This document shows, piece by piece, positions 49,086-60,802 of a DNA stretch of 64,000 bases; the first letter of the stretch is position 1, and each line of letters opens with the position of its first letter. The notes beneath the pieces were generated by a model that saw only the letters and a list, made by a program, of their open reading frames with translations, was not told where the DNA came from and did not search any database. The stretch comes from Candidatus Limnocylindria bacterium (lineage in GTDB: Bacteria > Chloroflexota > Limnocylindria > P2-11E), in NCBI GenBank assembly GCA_035543375.1, contig DASZZF010000010.1, positions 48,032 to 112,031 of the forward strand. Reading direction: 5' to 3'. A program made the translations under genes and the position numbers.

Positions 49086-50572
49086 TTACCGCGTGTCCGG
49101 AACCCCTCGTAGGCCTTGGCGTTGTCGCCGCCGGACGCGAGCTCGGTCACGACCACGACGATCGTGCCACCGGTGCCCTCGGCGACCACGCTGTACAGGG
49201 CGTTGTCGGCGAGGCCGGCGACGTCACGCGGATCGACCCGGATGCCGCGGCCTTGAGCCAACACCACGGTCTGGATGAGCGCCAGCTGGCCGTCCGAGAA
49301 GCGATACCACTTGAGCGTCGCGCCGGTGGCCGAAGCCGACTGCAGGAGGATGGGCGTGGTCCACCGTCCGTGCCGCCGAGGGTGCGCGTGACGTTTGGAA
49401 GGAACACTCGGCCGGCGGGCGATGGTGATGCGGTGTAGCCCATCGCTGTCGCGGAGCTGATGATGTTGACGATCGCTGCGACCCGCCCGCCGCCGCCGCG
49501 ACGAACGAGTACTCACCGTCCCCGAGGCAGGTCGAGGACGAGCCGCCGCACGGCGTGGTGGTCCCGAACGCGAACCGCGGATCGAAGGCCCACGCGGCGC
49601 CGGGGGCGATCGCCACCGACGACGTGACGGTCTGATCCTGGCCGCCGGATCCGGCGAGCGAGATGAAGCCGAGGCTCGGCGTCGCGGCCGTCGAGCCCAC
49701 GTTCTGGACGACGATGGCGCTGACCCAGCCGATGCCGCCCGCGTTCTTCGCGGCATATGGCCCGTAGGCCGTGGCGGGGCCCGCGCTGATCCCGTCCGTC
49801 GAGTACGCGATGAGCGCGGCGATATCCGCGCTGTCCTGGTGACTGTTGACGCCCACCGCGATTGGCTCAGGCGCGGTCACCGTCACCGAGTATTGCTTGC
49901 CGTCGACGAGGCCGGGCTCGGAGTTCGGGTCGACGAACTGCGAGCGGCCGGACGCGATCAGCCGGGTGATCGTGACCGTCGGCGCGCTGAGGGTCGAAGC
50001 TGACGAACGTCGCCGTCACGGTGTCGGTGTTCGTGCCGAGGTTCTGGATGACGAAGGGCGTGCCGAAGCCGAAGAATCGGCGCAGGACGTTCGGGAGGTA
50101 CACCGTGGTCGGACCCGAGTTGAAGGCGTCGTAGGCCATCGCTTCGGCCCGGGCGCCCGTGCCCTGGTGCTCGTTCACGACGGACACGACCTTTGCGCCG
50201 AACGAGCGCACGACCACGGAGAACTGGCCGTTGTCCGGAAGGTCGGCGTCGTTGTTCGGCACGTCGGCGTACGACGTTTCCGGCAGGACGTTCGTGATGA
50301 TCCGGCGGACGATGCAGGAGCCGTCGCTGATCGGTACAACGAGACCTCGAGGTCGGTGGTCAGGCCCCCGGTGTTCTGGACGATGAACGGCGTCTGCCAG
50401 CCGGTCGGGTCGCCAGCGTCTTCGTGACGTTCGGCAGATACGCGGTGGACGTCGGCGTCGCCGAGAGTGGCGTGTCGCAGGTGTCGGCCGCGGCGCGCTC
50501 GGAGCCAACGCTCGCTCCCGCCACGACCAGGCAGGCGACCAGGAACGCGGTGAGGATCTGTCGATTCATCAT
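49086..50572 (-). pseudogene. secreted four-module repeat protein gene disrupted by at least 5 single-nucleotide frameshifts
   Basis: There is a signal peptide (MMNRQILTAFLVACLVVAGASVG). Four modules of about 115 aa are each headed by [YF]LPNV..(T)LGG..GW.TP..VQN.G. The sense is spread over ORFs 50360..50572, 49867..50508, 49224..49886, 49147..49443 and 48821..49756. Junctions are near 50412, 50334, 49992, 49483 and 49364. The 3' end is uncertain. Confidence 0.6.
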
Positions 50573-50608
50573 GTCAGCAGGGCCGGCAGGACCCGAGCCA
50601 CGCCGGCC

Positions 50609-51166
50609 CTACGGCCGCTCACGGCGCAATTCGAAGACGATCTCCTCGCCATCCTCCTCGTCCAGGACCCGGGTGACCTCGCTGAAACCGAGCTTGCGGA
50701 CAAGCCCCAGCGACGCGACGTTCCAAGGACCGACCGAAGCGAGGTAGCGATGGATGTCATGCTCGCGCTCGGCCCACTCGATCATTCCGACGGCAGCCTC
50801 GGTCGCGTAGCCCTTCCGGCGAGCAGCCACCTCGACGCCGTACCCGAGCTCGAGCGCATCCGCGGCGCCGAGGGCATTGGAGCCGGGAGGCCCATGGAAG
50901 CCGACGTGACCGACCAAGCGAAGCGATCGGCAATCGATCATCGCGCGCAGCAGGAACGGGGCGCGTCGCGGATCGCGGGCGATCTGTTCGAGCCGCATCC
51001 GGAGCCGCGGCGCCATCGCTGCCAGCCACGCTTCAGTGACCGTCGCGCCGCCGACATCTCCGACGCTGCCGTCGAGCAGTCCGCGGATCGCCGTGGGCGA
51101 CAACCATTGCAGACGAAGACGGGCGGTGCTGATACTCAGATCGGTCGGAATGGACGCATTGTCCAT
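50609..51166 (-). CDS. GNAT-family N-acetyltransferase (RimJ/RimL-like)
   Basis: N-terminal TARLRLQWL and an acetyl-CoA-binding region (V..RRKGYATEA...NVASLGLVRKLGF). The start is uncertain: ATG at 51166 was chosen, and ATG at 51235 is possible. Confidence 0.72.
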   Translation of the reverse strand: MDNASIPTDLSISTARLRLQWLSPTAIRGLLDGSVGDVGGATVTEAWLAAMAPRLRMRLEQIARDPRRAPFLLRAMIDCRSLRLVGHVGFHGPPGSNALGAADALELGYGVEVAARRKGYATEAAVGMIEWAEREHDIHRYLASVGPWNVASLGLVRKLGFSEVTRVLDEEDGEEIVFELRRERP

Positions 51167-51248
51167 CGAGCCGCGGTCGCTGGGAATATCGGCCTCGAGC
51201 GGCGTCAGGCGCAGCCCGGCGCGATCCGTGCCCATAATCGTTCGTCCC

Positions 51249-52523
51249 ATGACGCCTCGCCCGATCGTGCCGGTCCGCCATCCGCTGCGCGACGCGCACG
51301 CGCGCGTTCCCGCCTCGAAGAGCATCGCTAATCGCGAGCTCGTCCTGTCGGCGATCGCCCGGGGCCGCTCGCGGCTCGATCTGGGACCGCTCGACCCGGG
51401 CGATGACGTCGGCGCGATGCGCCAAGCCCTCGAGGTGCTCGGCTACCGCGTGGAGTGGGACCAGTCGTTCCAGATCACGGTCCACGGGGCCAGGGCGCGG
51501 ATCCCGCACGCCAGCGGGCCGGTACACGCCGCCGAGGCCGGCACCGTGGCGCGGTTCGCGCTGGCCCTCGCCGCGCTGGCTGACGGGGAGACCGCGTTCG
51601 ACGGCGCCCCCCGACTGCGCGAGCGACCGCTGGAGCAGCTCGCCGAAGCGTTGCGGTCTGCCGGAGCGACGGTCACCGGCGACGCACTCCCGCTCACGGT
51701 GCGCGGTCCGCTACGCGGGGGATCGGTCGCGGTCGCGGGCAACGTCTCGAGCCAGTTCGCCTCAGCGCTGCTGCTGATCGCCCCGGCCATGGCCCACGGC
51801 CTCGATCTCGAGATCGTGGGCCCGCTCGTGTCGGCGCCGTTCGTGGATATCACCCTCGCGGCACTTCGCCGTCGTGGGGTGACGGTCGATGACGACGCGC
51901 CGGGCCATCTGCGGATCGGCCGCCAGAACGTGAGACCGCGTTCGTTCACCGTCCCGGGCGACGCGACGGCGGCGACCTACCCGGCAGCGGCGGCCGCGAT
52001 CATGGGTGGCTCCGTCACGGTGGACAACGTCGATGGCCGCGTCACGCGAGGCGGTCAGGGCGACGCGCGCTTCTTCGCTCTCGCAGAGGAGATGGGCTGC
52101 AACGTGTCGCGCGGCCGCGGGACCGTCACGCTGACGCGCGTCGGCGACCTGCAGGGGATCACCGCGAACGTCCGCGACTGCTCCGATGTGTTCCCCACCC
52201 TCGCCGTCATCGCGACGCAGGCCGAGACATCGAGCGAGCTCGGCGGCATCGCGCACACCCGCCGACAGGAGAGCGACCGGATCGCCGCCGTCGCGGCCGG
52301 GATCAACGCGCTGGGCGGTCGCGCGACCGCATATGCCGACTCGATCCGGATCGAGCCGGCACCGCTGCACGGGGGCGTCGTCGACAGCGCCGGCGATCAC
52401 CGGATCGCGATGGCCTTCTCGATCCTCGGCCTACAGGTGCCGGGCGTGGCGATCGAGGGCGCCGACTCGGTGTCGAAGACGTTCCCTGACTTCTACGCGA
52501 TCGTGCACGAGCTCTCGCGCTAG
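51249..52523 (+). CDS. aroA: 3-phosphoshikimate 1-carboxyvinyltransferase (EPSP synthase)
   Basis: The ATG at 51249 gives ...VPASKSIANRELVLSAIARG. The later LRERP, SSQF.SALLL and DHRIAMAF motifs are present. Confidence 0.9.
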   Translation: MTPRPIVPVRHPLRDAHARVPASKSIANRELVLSAIARGRSRLDLGPLDPGDDVGAMRQALEVLGYRVEWDQSFQITVHGARARIPHASGPVHAAEAGTVARFALALAALADGETAFDGAPRLRERPLEQLAEALRSAGATVTGDALPLTVRGPLRGGSVAVAGNVSSQFASALLLIAPAMAHGLDLEIVGPLVSAPFVDITLAALRRRGVTVDDDAPGHLRIGRQNVRPRSFTVPGDATAATYPAAAAAIMGGSVTVDNVDGRVTRGGQGDARFFALAEEMGCNVSRGRGTVTLTRVGDLQGITANVRDCSDVFPTLAVIATQAETSSELGGIAHTRRQESDRIAAVAAGINALGGRATAYADSIRIEPAPLHGGVVDSAGDHRIAMAFSILGLQVPGVAIEGADSVSKTFPDFYAIVHELSR

Positions 52524-53236
52524 CCGAGCTCGCGCTCCACGTCGGCAAGAGCGGCCCGGAACGTCGCGAGCGCCGCGCGGATCTCATCGGAGTTGCCCTT
52601 GAGCACCGCATCCGCGAGCTCGGGCGGGGTGGCCGCCAGACGTGTCGCGTCGCGGTAACCGGGACCCGCGAAGTCGGCCACATCCGCACCGGTGCGCGCG
52701 AGAGCGATCGCCAGGGCGAGCGGCAGGCCGGAGAGCACGGCGACCATCCGATCGTGCTCGGCCGCAGACGTGACCGTCGGTACCGCACCGGCCGCGCGCG
52801 CGATATCGCCCGCGATCGCCATCGCGGCCTCGTCCGAACGGGCCGTCGGAACCAGGAAGAACGGCCGGCCCCGGAAGAGGTCCGCGTCCGCGGCGCCGAA
52901 GCCGCTACCGGTCGTTCCCGCCATCGGGTGTCCGCCAACGATGCGCGCGCGCTTCGGGGCCGTCTCGGTATACGCGGCGACCTCGCGCTTCAGGCTGCCG
53001 ACGTCGAGCAGGACGGTGTCATCGCCGCGCTCGGCGAGTGCCTGCAGGGTCGACACGATCCGCGCGAGGGGCGTCGCCACGATCACGACATCCGCGGGCA
53101 ACAGGTCGGCGAGCGCAGCGACTCCTGTCAGCGCGCCGGTCCCGCTGGGATCGAAGACCCGCACCTCATGGGCCTCCCGAAGGGCCAGCGCCAGCGAGCC
53201 GCCGATCAAGCCGCAGCCCGCGATCCCGACGCGCAT
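52520..53236 (-). CDS. tyrA: prephenate (or arogenate) dehydrogenase
   Basis: [16 protein letters not shown] dinucleotide fold, GGHPMAG, and HD..VA.LSGLP motifs. The ATG at 53236 overlaps the DAHP synthase stop. Confidence 0.8.
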   Translation of the reverse strand: MRVGIAGCGLIGGSLALALREAHEVRVFDPSGTGALTGVAALADLLPADVVIVATPLARIVSTLQALAERGDDTVLLDVGSLKREVAAYTETAPKRARIVGGHPMAGTTGSGFGAADADLFRGRPFFLVPTARSDEAAMAIAGDIARAAGAVPTVTSAAEHDRMVAVLSGLPLALAIALARTGADVADFAGPGYRDATRLAATPPELADAVLKGNSDEIRAALATFRAALADVERELG

Positions 53237-54264
53237 CAGACCCGGATGTGAACCGGGCGGCCGACGGCGCCCGCGATGGCGGGGAGCGTCGCCATGAGCG
53301 CGGCGAAGTTCGCGAAGGTCAGCGACTGGAAACCATCCTTGAGCGCGTGATCGGGTGCCGGGTGGACTTCGATCAAGAGCCCATCGGCGCCCGCGGCAAC
53401 CGCGGCAAGCGCGACCGGTGCCACGAGGTACCACTTCCCGGTCCCGTGCGACGGGTCCGCGATCACGGGCAGGTGCGACAGCCGCTTCAGCAGCGGGATC
53501 GCGTTGATGTCGAAGGTGTTGCGCGTGTACTTCTCGAACGTCCGGATCCCCCGCTCGCACAGGATGACGTTCTGGTTGCCCTTCGCGAGGATGTACTCGG
53601 CGGAGAGCAGGAACTCCTCGATCGTCGCCGACATCCCGCGCTTGAGCAGCACCGGCTTGGGCTGCTCGCCCACCGCGTCGAGCAGCGCGAAGTTCTGCAT
53701 GTTCCTCGCGCCGATCTGCAGGCAATCGGCGTGACGTGCGACCAGGTCGACGTCGGTAGGCGTCAGGACCTCCGTCACGACCGGCAGCCCGGTGTCGGCG
53801 CGCGCGGCGCTGAGGATCTCGAGCCCGGATGGACCGAGACCGCGGAAATGGTATGGCGAGGTGCTCGGCTTGTACGCACCACCGCGCAGGAGATCCGCTC
53901 CACTGTCCCGGATCGCGCGCGCTGTTGCGATGGTCTGCTCCCGCGATTCGACGGAGCACGGGCCGGCCATGACCGCGATCGGCTGGCCCGCGCCGATCGC
54001 GACGTCGCCGATCCGGACGACCGAGTCGAGCGGGTGCACCTCACGGGAGCTGAGCTTGAACGGCCGGCTCACCAGCACGATCTCCGCGACCCCGGGAAGC
54101 GATTCGAGCTGATCGGCGTACTCACGCGCCGCGACGCCGAAGGTGCCGATCGCGGTGCGCTCGGCGCCGGGGAGCGGCACGGCGGTGAGACCGAGCTCGC
54201 CGATGCGCGCTACCACTCCGTCGATCTCCTGCTTCGTGGCGTCGGTCTTCATCACGACGAGCAC
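53236..54264 (-). CDS. aroF: 3-deoxy-7-phosphoheptulonate (DAHP) synthase, class I-beta, with N-terminal ferredoxin-like regulatory domain
   Basis: The GTG at 54264 is preceded by GGAGG. N-terminal VLVVMKTD...EIDGVV... is followed by the KDO8P/DAHPS core ([28 protein letters not shown]). Confidence 0.9.
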   Translation of the reverse strand: MLVVMKTDATKQEIDGVVARIGELGLTAVPLPGAERTAIGTFGVAAREYADQLESLPGVAEIVLVSRPFKLSSREVHPLDSVVRIGDVAIGAGQPIAVMAGPCSVESREQTIATARAIRDSGADLLRGGAYKPSTSPYHFRGLGPSGLEILSAARADTGLPVVTEVLTPTDVDLVARHADCLQIGARNMQNFALLDAVGEQPKPVLLKRGMSATIEEFLLSAEYILAKGNQNVILCERGIRTFEKYTRNTFDINAIPLLKRLSHLPVIADPSHGTGKWYLVAPVALAAVAAGADGLLIEVHPAPDHALKDGFQSLTFANFAALMATLPAIAGAVGRPVHIRV

Positions 54265-54265
54265 G

Positions 54266-54634
54266 TCAGACCTCCACGGCCCACGCAGGCCGGAGCTCGC
54301 GCGCGCCGCGTAGGAAGGCGTGCCGGATCTCCCGCTGCGACTTCGCGGTGTTCCAAGCGATGAGGACCCGAATGCACTTGGCGAGTGCGGCCGGGACCGG
54401 GATCTCCCGCCCGCACATGAGCGGCACGTCGGTCCAACCGAGCTCGCGCGCGGCGAAGGCCGGGAACTCGGCATCGAGGTCCGGTGTGACGGTGAACCAG
54501 ACGTGCGAGACATCGTCCGAACGCAGCCCGTTCAGCCGGACCATGACCTCGAGCAACTCGCGGGTCCGCCCGAGGATCTGGTCCCGTTCGTTCGCGTCGA
54601 CCGTGGTCGCGCCGCGGATCCCCCGTGTCGCCAT
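54266..54634 (-). CDS. aroH: chorismate mutase, AroH class
   Basis: 122 aa. [12 protein letters not shown]...FTVTPDL.AEFPA...KCIRVL...IRHAFL is collinear with B. subtilis AroH. Confidence 0.9.
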   Translation of the reverse strand: MATRGIRGATTVDANERDQILGRTRELLEVMVRLNGLRSDDVSHVWFTVTPDLDAEFPAFAARELGWTDVPLMCGREIPVPAALAKCIRVLIAWNTAKSQREIRHAFLRGARELRPAWAVEV

Positions 54635-55445
54635 TACGACCTCCCCGCTTCGCGCAGGCTCGCGACGAACGTCCGCAGCGCCCCCGGCCGGTCGCTCGTG
54701 GCGGCGTTGATGCGATCGATGGCCGCGCTTCCCACGACGACGCCATCCACCAATCCGCGCAGCGCGGCGACGTGCTCAGGCGTGCTGATGCCGAACCCGA
54801 GCGCGACCGGCACGGCCGCATGCGGGCGAACGCGCCCGACGAAGGCCGCGACGTCGGAGGCGAGCGCCTGGCGCGCGCCGGTCACGCCGGTGAGCGATAC
54901 GCAGTAGACGAAGCCGCGCGACCGCGGCACGAGCCGCGCGAGCCGGGCGTCGGGGGTGGTGGGCGCGTAGAGATCGATCCGCGCGAGGCCGGCCGGACCC
55001 AGCGCCGCGTCGAACGGCGCCGACTCTTCGGCGGGCAGGTCCGGCACGATGACGCCGGCAAGGCCGGCCGCGCGGGCGTCCGACGCGAAGCGGTCGAGCC
55101 CGTAGCGCAGGAACGGGTTCGTGTAGCCCATGAGGAGCGCAGGGAGGTCACGCGCCGTCACGAGTCGCTTCGACTCCGCGACGCAGTCGGCGAGCGTGAC
55201 GCCGTTCCGCAGTGCCTGCTCGCTCGCGCGCTGGACAGTTGCACCGTCCGCCAACGGGTCGCTGAAGGGGACTCCGAGCTCGATCAGGTCTGCACCGCCG
55301 TCGACCGCCGCGTCCAGCAGTGCAGCAGTCTCGGCGCGGGACGGGCACCCGACCATCAGATAGATGACCACCGCGAGACGTCGCTCGGCCTTCGCGCGAG
55401 CGAATGCCCGCCCGATCCGCTCGACGCCGGTGAGCGCGAGCGTCG

Positions 55446-55449
<4 letters not shown>
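54634..55449 (-). CDS. trpA: tryptophan synthase alpha chain
   Basis: The GTG at 55449 overlaps the trpB stop (GTGA). [18 protein letters not shown] and GFG(I)S motifs are present. Confidence 0.9.
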
Positions 55450-56611
<1,162 letters not shown>

Positions 56612-56615
<4 letters not shown>

Positions 56616-57424
56616 GCCGGCACCGCCCGTGACACGGACGCGAGCGATCGCACCACCGCGCCTGGATCCGCGGCGCGCATGAGCGCCGTGCCGACGAGCA
56701 CCGCGTCGACGCGTGCCGGCAGCGCCGCCAGATCCTCGGCCGACGCGATGCCCGACTCCGCGACGAGCAGCTGATCCGCCCGGACCCGCGAGCGCAGTGT
56801 CTCGATGCGGCCACGGTCGATCTCGCTCGGCAGGCGCAGATTGCGCGCATTGACGCCCACCACGCGGGCGCCGCACGCGACCGCCCGGTCGAAGGCCGCG
56901 GGCTCGTGCGCCTCGGCGAACGCGGTCATCCCGAGGGCGTGCACCTGAACGACGAGCGCCCGCAGAAGCGCATCGTCGAGCGCTTCGGCGATGAGCAGCA
57001 CGGCCGCGGCGCCGGCCGCGCGGGCCTCGCGCACCTGGTACTCGTCGACCACGACGTCCTTGTACAGCACCGGGAGATCGACCGCGGCGGCGACCGCGCG
57101 CAAGTCCTCGACGGATCCGCCCCAATGCCGCGGCTCCGTGAGCACGGAGATGGCCACCGCGCCCGCGGCCGCGTACGCGCGGGCGAGTGCGACCGGATCG
57201 ACATCGGTCGCAAGAGCTCCGAGGGCCGGCGAGGACCGCTTCATCTCGGCGATGACAGCGAAGCGACCTTCGCGCCGCCGCGCGGCGATCGCGTCGGCGA
57301 ATGAGCGCGCCGGTCCGGCGCCTGTCAGCGGGCTCGACGGCACCCGCGGGAGCGGACGGCGGGCGCGGGCGGCCGCGACGTCGGCGCGGCGTTCCCCGAT
57401 GACGGTGTCGAGGAAGTCGGTCAT
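56612..57424 (-). CDS. trpC: indole-3-glycerol phosphate synthase (monofunctional, no TrpF fusion)
   Basis: The ATG at 57424 overlaps the trpD stop (ATGA). [19 protein letters not shown](F)VVD.YQ and VGVNARNL motifs are present. At 270 aa there is no room for a TrpF domain. Confidence 0.9.
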
Positions 57425-58458
57425 GGCGGTGGCGCCCCTCCCGCGCCCAGCCGCTGGCTGGTGGCGATGAAGCGTTCGAGACGCTCGGCCGCGGCGCCGG
57501 AGTCGAGCGACGCGGCCGCCGCGGCGATCCCTTCGCGGAGGTCGCCCGCCCGGCCGGCCACGTAGAGCGCGGCGGCGGCATTCAGCAGCACCGCGGTCCG
57601 GCGCGCCCCGCTCTCGCCGTCGAGGATCCTTCGCGCGGTCGCGGCGTTCGCGGCGGCGTCGCCGCTCGCGATATCCGCGATCGAGCCGAGCGGCAGCCCG
57701 AGCTCGACCGGGTCGATCGCTCCCCGACGGACCTGGCCGTTCCGAAGCTCCCACGTCTGGGTCGGCCCGGTCGGACTGATGTCGTCCAGGCCGTCGGCAC
57801 CGTGCACGACCAGCGCGTGATCCGCACCGAGATCGCCCAGTACGTGGGCGATCTTCTCGCCAATGGACTGGGTGGCGACGCCAACGACCATCCGCCGCAC
57901 GCCTGCCGGATTCGCCAGCGGACCGAGGATGTTGAAGATCGTCCGGATACCCATCTCGCGGCGCACCGGCGCGGCGTGACGCATCGCCGGGTGGTAGCGC
58001 GCCGCGAACATGAACGCGATCCCGGCCTCGTCGACGCATCGCGCGATCTCCGGCGGCCCGAGATCGATGCGCACCCCGAGCGCCTCGAGCACATCCGCGC
58101 TTCCGCAGCGGCCGGAGGCGGCGCGGTTGCCGTGCTTGGCCACCGGCGCGCCGGCGGCGGCGACGACGATGCTCGCCACCGTCGAGATGTTGAACGGGTC
58201 CACCCGGGAACCGCCGGTACCGACGATGTCGATGGCATCCGTGTGGAGCTCGACCTTCACGGCGGCGCCGCGCATCCCGGCCGCGAAGCCGGCGATCTCG
58301 TCGACGGTCTCGCCGCGGATCGCGAGCGCCGCGAGCAGCGCGCCGAGCTGCGCGGCCGTCGCCTCGCCCGACATGACCGAGCCCATCGCGCTCTCGGCCT
58401 CGCTCCGATCGAGCGTCCGGCCAGCGGCGACGGCCTGGAGCGCCGTCTTCGCGTCCAT
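57421..58458 (-). CDS. trpD: anthranilate phosphoribosyltransferase
   Basis: The ATG at 58458 starts the CDS. DIVGTGG, FNISTV, KHGNRA.S and NPAG motifs are present. Confidence 0.9.
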   Translation of the reverse strand: MDAKTALQAVAAGRTLDRSEAESAMGSVMSGEATAAQLGALLAALAIRGETVDEIAGFAAGMRGAAVKVELHTDAIDIVGTGGSRVDPFNISTVASIVVAAAGAPVAKHGNRAASGRCGSADVLEALGVRIDLGPPEIARCVDEAGIAFMFAARYHPAMRHAAPVRREMGIRTIFNILGPLANPAGVRRMVVGVATQSIGEKIAHVLGDLGADHALVVHGADGLDDISPTGPTQTWELRNGQVRRGAIDPVELGLPLGSIADIASGDAAANAATARRILDGESGARRTAVLLNAAAALYVAGRAGDLREGIAAAAASLDSGAAAERLERFIATSQRLGAGGAPPP

Positions 58459-59036
58459 CAGCGGGCGCCCAACAGGAAGTTGCGGAGAAGGGCGAGGCCG
58501 TCCGCCGAGAGCACGGACTCCGGGTGGAATTGCACCGCCTCGAGCGGCAGCGCAGTGTGCCGCAGGCCCATGACGACACCATCGTCGCTCCGCGCGCTCA
58601 CCTCGAGCTCGGCCGGTAGCGTGGTCGCGTCGACCATGAGCGAGTGATAGCGCGTCGCGACGGTCGGATCGGGCAGGCCCCGGAACACACCCCGGCCGTC
58701 GTGGTGCACCGGCGAGGTCTTCCCGTGGCGCGGCTCGGGCGCGCGGACGACCCGGGCGCCATACGCGACCGCGACGCACTGCAGCCCGAGGCAGACCCCG
58801 AGTGTCGGGATCCCCCGTTCCGGGGCGACACGAACGAGCTCCGGCGAGCGGCCGGCGACCTCGGGCCGTCCGGGGCCCGGCGAGATGACGAGCCGGTCGG
58901 GCGAGGCAGCGAGCGCATCGTCGAGCTCTGCCGCGTCGGCCCGGAGCACCCGGACGCCGGCACCGAGCGCACCGAGCGCCTGTGCCAGGTTGTAGGTGAA
59001 GGAGTCGTAGTTATCGATGAGGAGCACGTTCGTCAC
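58458..59036 (-). CDS. trpG: anthranilate synthase component II (glutamine amidotransferase)
   Basis: The GTG at 59036 overlaps the trpE stop. LLIDNYDSFTYNL, the catalytic GVCLGLQ, and QFHPES are present. Confidence 0.9.
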   Translation of the reverse strand: MTNVLLIDNYDSFTYNLAQALGALGAGVRVLRADAAELDDALAASPDRLVISPGPGRPEVAGRSPELVRVAPERGIPTLGVCLGLQCVAVAYGARVVRAPEPRHGKTSPVHHDGRGVFRGLPDPTVATRYHSLMVDATTLPAELEVSARSDDGVVMGLRHTALPLEAVQFHPESVLSADGLALLRNFLLGAR

Positions 59037-60418
59037 CGTCGCACCGCCTGACCGTCCACGAGCTCGATCGCACGGAGGAGCGCGCCGGCCTTCGCGCGGC
59101 ATTCGGCCTCCTCCGCGTGCGGGTCCGAATCCGCCACGATGCCGGCGCCGGCCTGGATCCGGCAGACGCCGTCCGCGATCGTTGCCGTGCGGATGGTGAT
59201 GCACGTGTCGAGCGAACCGTCGAACCCGAGGTAGCCGACCGCCCCCGCGTAGGTGCCCCGGCGGTCGTCCTCGAGCTCTGCGATGCGCTCCATCGCGCGG
59301 ATTTTCGGTGCCCCCGAGACCGTGCCGGCCGGAAAGCACGCCCGGAACGCCTCGAGCGCGTCGACGCCCTCGAGGAGCGTGCCCTCCACGACGCTCGTGA
59401 GGTGCATCACGTGCGAGAAGCGGTCGACGCGCATGAGCTCCGGGACGCGGACGGTCCCGGGTTGGGACACGCGCCCGACGTCGTTGCGTGCGAGGTCGAC
59501 GAGCATCACGTGCTCCGCGACCTCTTTCTCCGACGCGCGCAGCTCGGCCTCGTTCGCGCGATCTTGACCGGGATCGCTGCCGCGCCGTCGGGTGCCGGCA
59601 ATTGGATGCATCACGATCAGCCCGTCCTCGACCCGAACGAACGGCTCGGGCGATGCGCCGACCAGTGTCGCGACCGGCGTTTCGAGCAGGAACATGTACG
59701 GCGACGGGTTCACGTGGCGGAGGGCGCGGTAAAGCGCGAGCGGATCCGGCGCGGGTGTGATGTCGATCCGCTCCGCGACGACGATCTGGATGCAGTCGCC
59801 CTCGGCGATGAGCGCCCGCGCGCGATCCACACGCTCCTCGAACGAGGCGGCCGTCATGTTCCGGTCCGTCCTCCGCTCGTGCGGCGCGTCCGCCGCGAGT
59901 ACCAGCGGCGCGTCAAGCGCGGCATCGATCTCCGCCAGCCGGCGGTCCGCCGCGGCACGGTCGCCATCGGCCACGTGCGCGATGAGGAGCATCGTGTGCC
60001 GTAGGTGATCGAACGCCACGACGGTGTCGTAGATCCCGAAGCATGCGTCGGGCATGCGCAGCACGTCGTTCGCGGCTCGCGGCAGCCGCTCGAAGTGACG
60101 GGCCGCTTCGTACGACACGAACCCGACCGCCCCGCCGGAGAAACGCGGCAGACCCGGCGTGGCAGGGCGCTCGTAGCGGTCCATCGACTCGCGAAGCCGG
60201 ACGACCGGATCGGCGTCGCTGCAGACGATGATTTCGCGCGGCGCGACCCCGATGAATGAGTAGCGACCCATGTGCTCGCCACCCTCGGCGCTCTCGAGCA
60301 GGAACGCCCCGCCCAAATGACGGAGCTTCGCGAATGCCGAGACCGGTGTCTCGAGGTCGGCCATCCGCTCCCTAACGACCGGCTCGAGCCGGACCTTCGT
60401 CGTCACCACGCTTGCCAC
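59033..60418 (-). CDS. trpE: anthranilate synthase component I
   Basis: The GTG at 60418 is preceded by AGGAG with a 7-nt spacer. LESAEGG, SPYMF, GTLSGAPK-like (GTVSGAPK) and GAGIVADS motifs are present. The 5' 248 codons of ORF 59033..61165 are read-through over the leader. Confidence 0.9.
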   Translation of the reverse strand: MASVVTTKVRLEPVVRERMADLETPVSAFAKLRHLGGAFLLESAEGGEHMGRYSFIGVAPREIIVCSDADPVVRLRESMDRYERPATPGLPRFSGGAVGFVSYEAARHFERLPRAANDVLRMPDACFGIYDTVVAFDHLRHTMLLIAHVADGDRAAADRRLAEIDAALDAPLVLAADAPHERRTDRNMTAASFEERVDRARALIAEGDCIQIVVAERIDITPAPDPLALYRALRHVNPSPYMFLLETPVATLVGASPEPFVRVEDGLIVMHPIAGTRRRGSDPGQDRANEAELRASEKEVAEHVMLVDLARNDVGRVSQPGTVRVPELMRVDRFSHVMHLTSVVEGTLLEGVDALEAFRACFPAGTVSGAPKIRAMERIAELEDDRRGTYAGAVGYLGFDGSLDTCITIRTATIADGVCRIQAGAGIVADSDPHAEEAECRAKAGALLRAIELVDGQAVRR

Positions 60419-60439
60419 CGGCGTTCTCCTTTCGTTCGA

Positions 60440-60715
60440 GGGAAAACAAAAACCCTCGCCCGTGTCGGGACGAGGGTCGTGGTGCCACCCGATCTCGGCC
60501 TCCCCGTTCCCGGAGAGACCCTCAGCCTGCGCAAGCACGCAGCGCCCGGCGATAACGGCGGGCCACCGGCCGCGGCTACTCGGGTCATCCCGTTTCGCCG
60601 CGGCGTCTCGCGGGATCCATTCCCCGGCGTCCGCACGTCCCGGCTCACACCTGTCCCGGTTCGCTACACGGCCAACGCCGACTACTCGTTCCCGCTCGAA
60701 CGACGTTGCGGAAAT
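60440..60715 (-). promoter_or_regulatory. T-box riboswitch leader, tRNA-Trp specific (specifier codon UGG)
   Basis: Elements read on the minus strand, in order: AGUA-I (60686-60683), AG bulge AGCGA (60665-60661), distal loop GGUGUGA (60651-60645), specifier loop GAA-UGG-A (UGG at 60619-60617), F-box CCGUUA (60558-60553), T-box GGGUGGCACCACG (60490-60478). The antiterminator helix is GAGGGUCUC...GAGAUC[bulge]GACCCUC, followed by the terminator. A candidate promoter is TTGCCT (60743-60738) - 18 nt - TAGGAT (60719-60714). Confidence 0.88.
60443..60476 (-). terminator. intrinsic terminator of the T-box leader
   Basis: On the minus strand, CCCTCGTCCC-GACA-CGGGCGAGGG is followed by TTTTTGTTTT. It lies 25 nt upstream of the trpE Shine-Dalgarno. 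Its 5' arm is shared with the antiterminator. Confidence 0.85.
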
Positions 60716-60802
60716 CCTACCTCCCGGGCCGAACGCCAGGCAAGTCAGTGCCGATATGGAAGAGCGATAATGGGTGCGGCACTTGCTCCCTACAGTTCTC
60801 CT

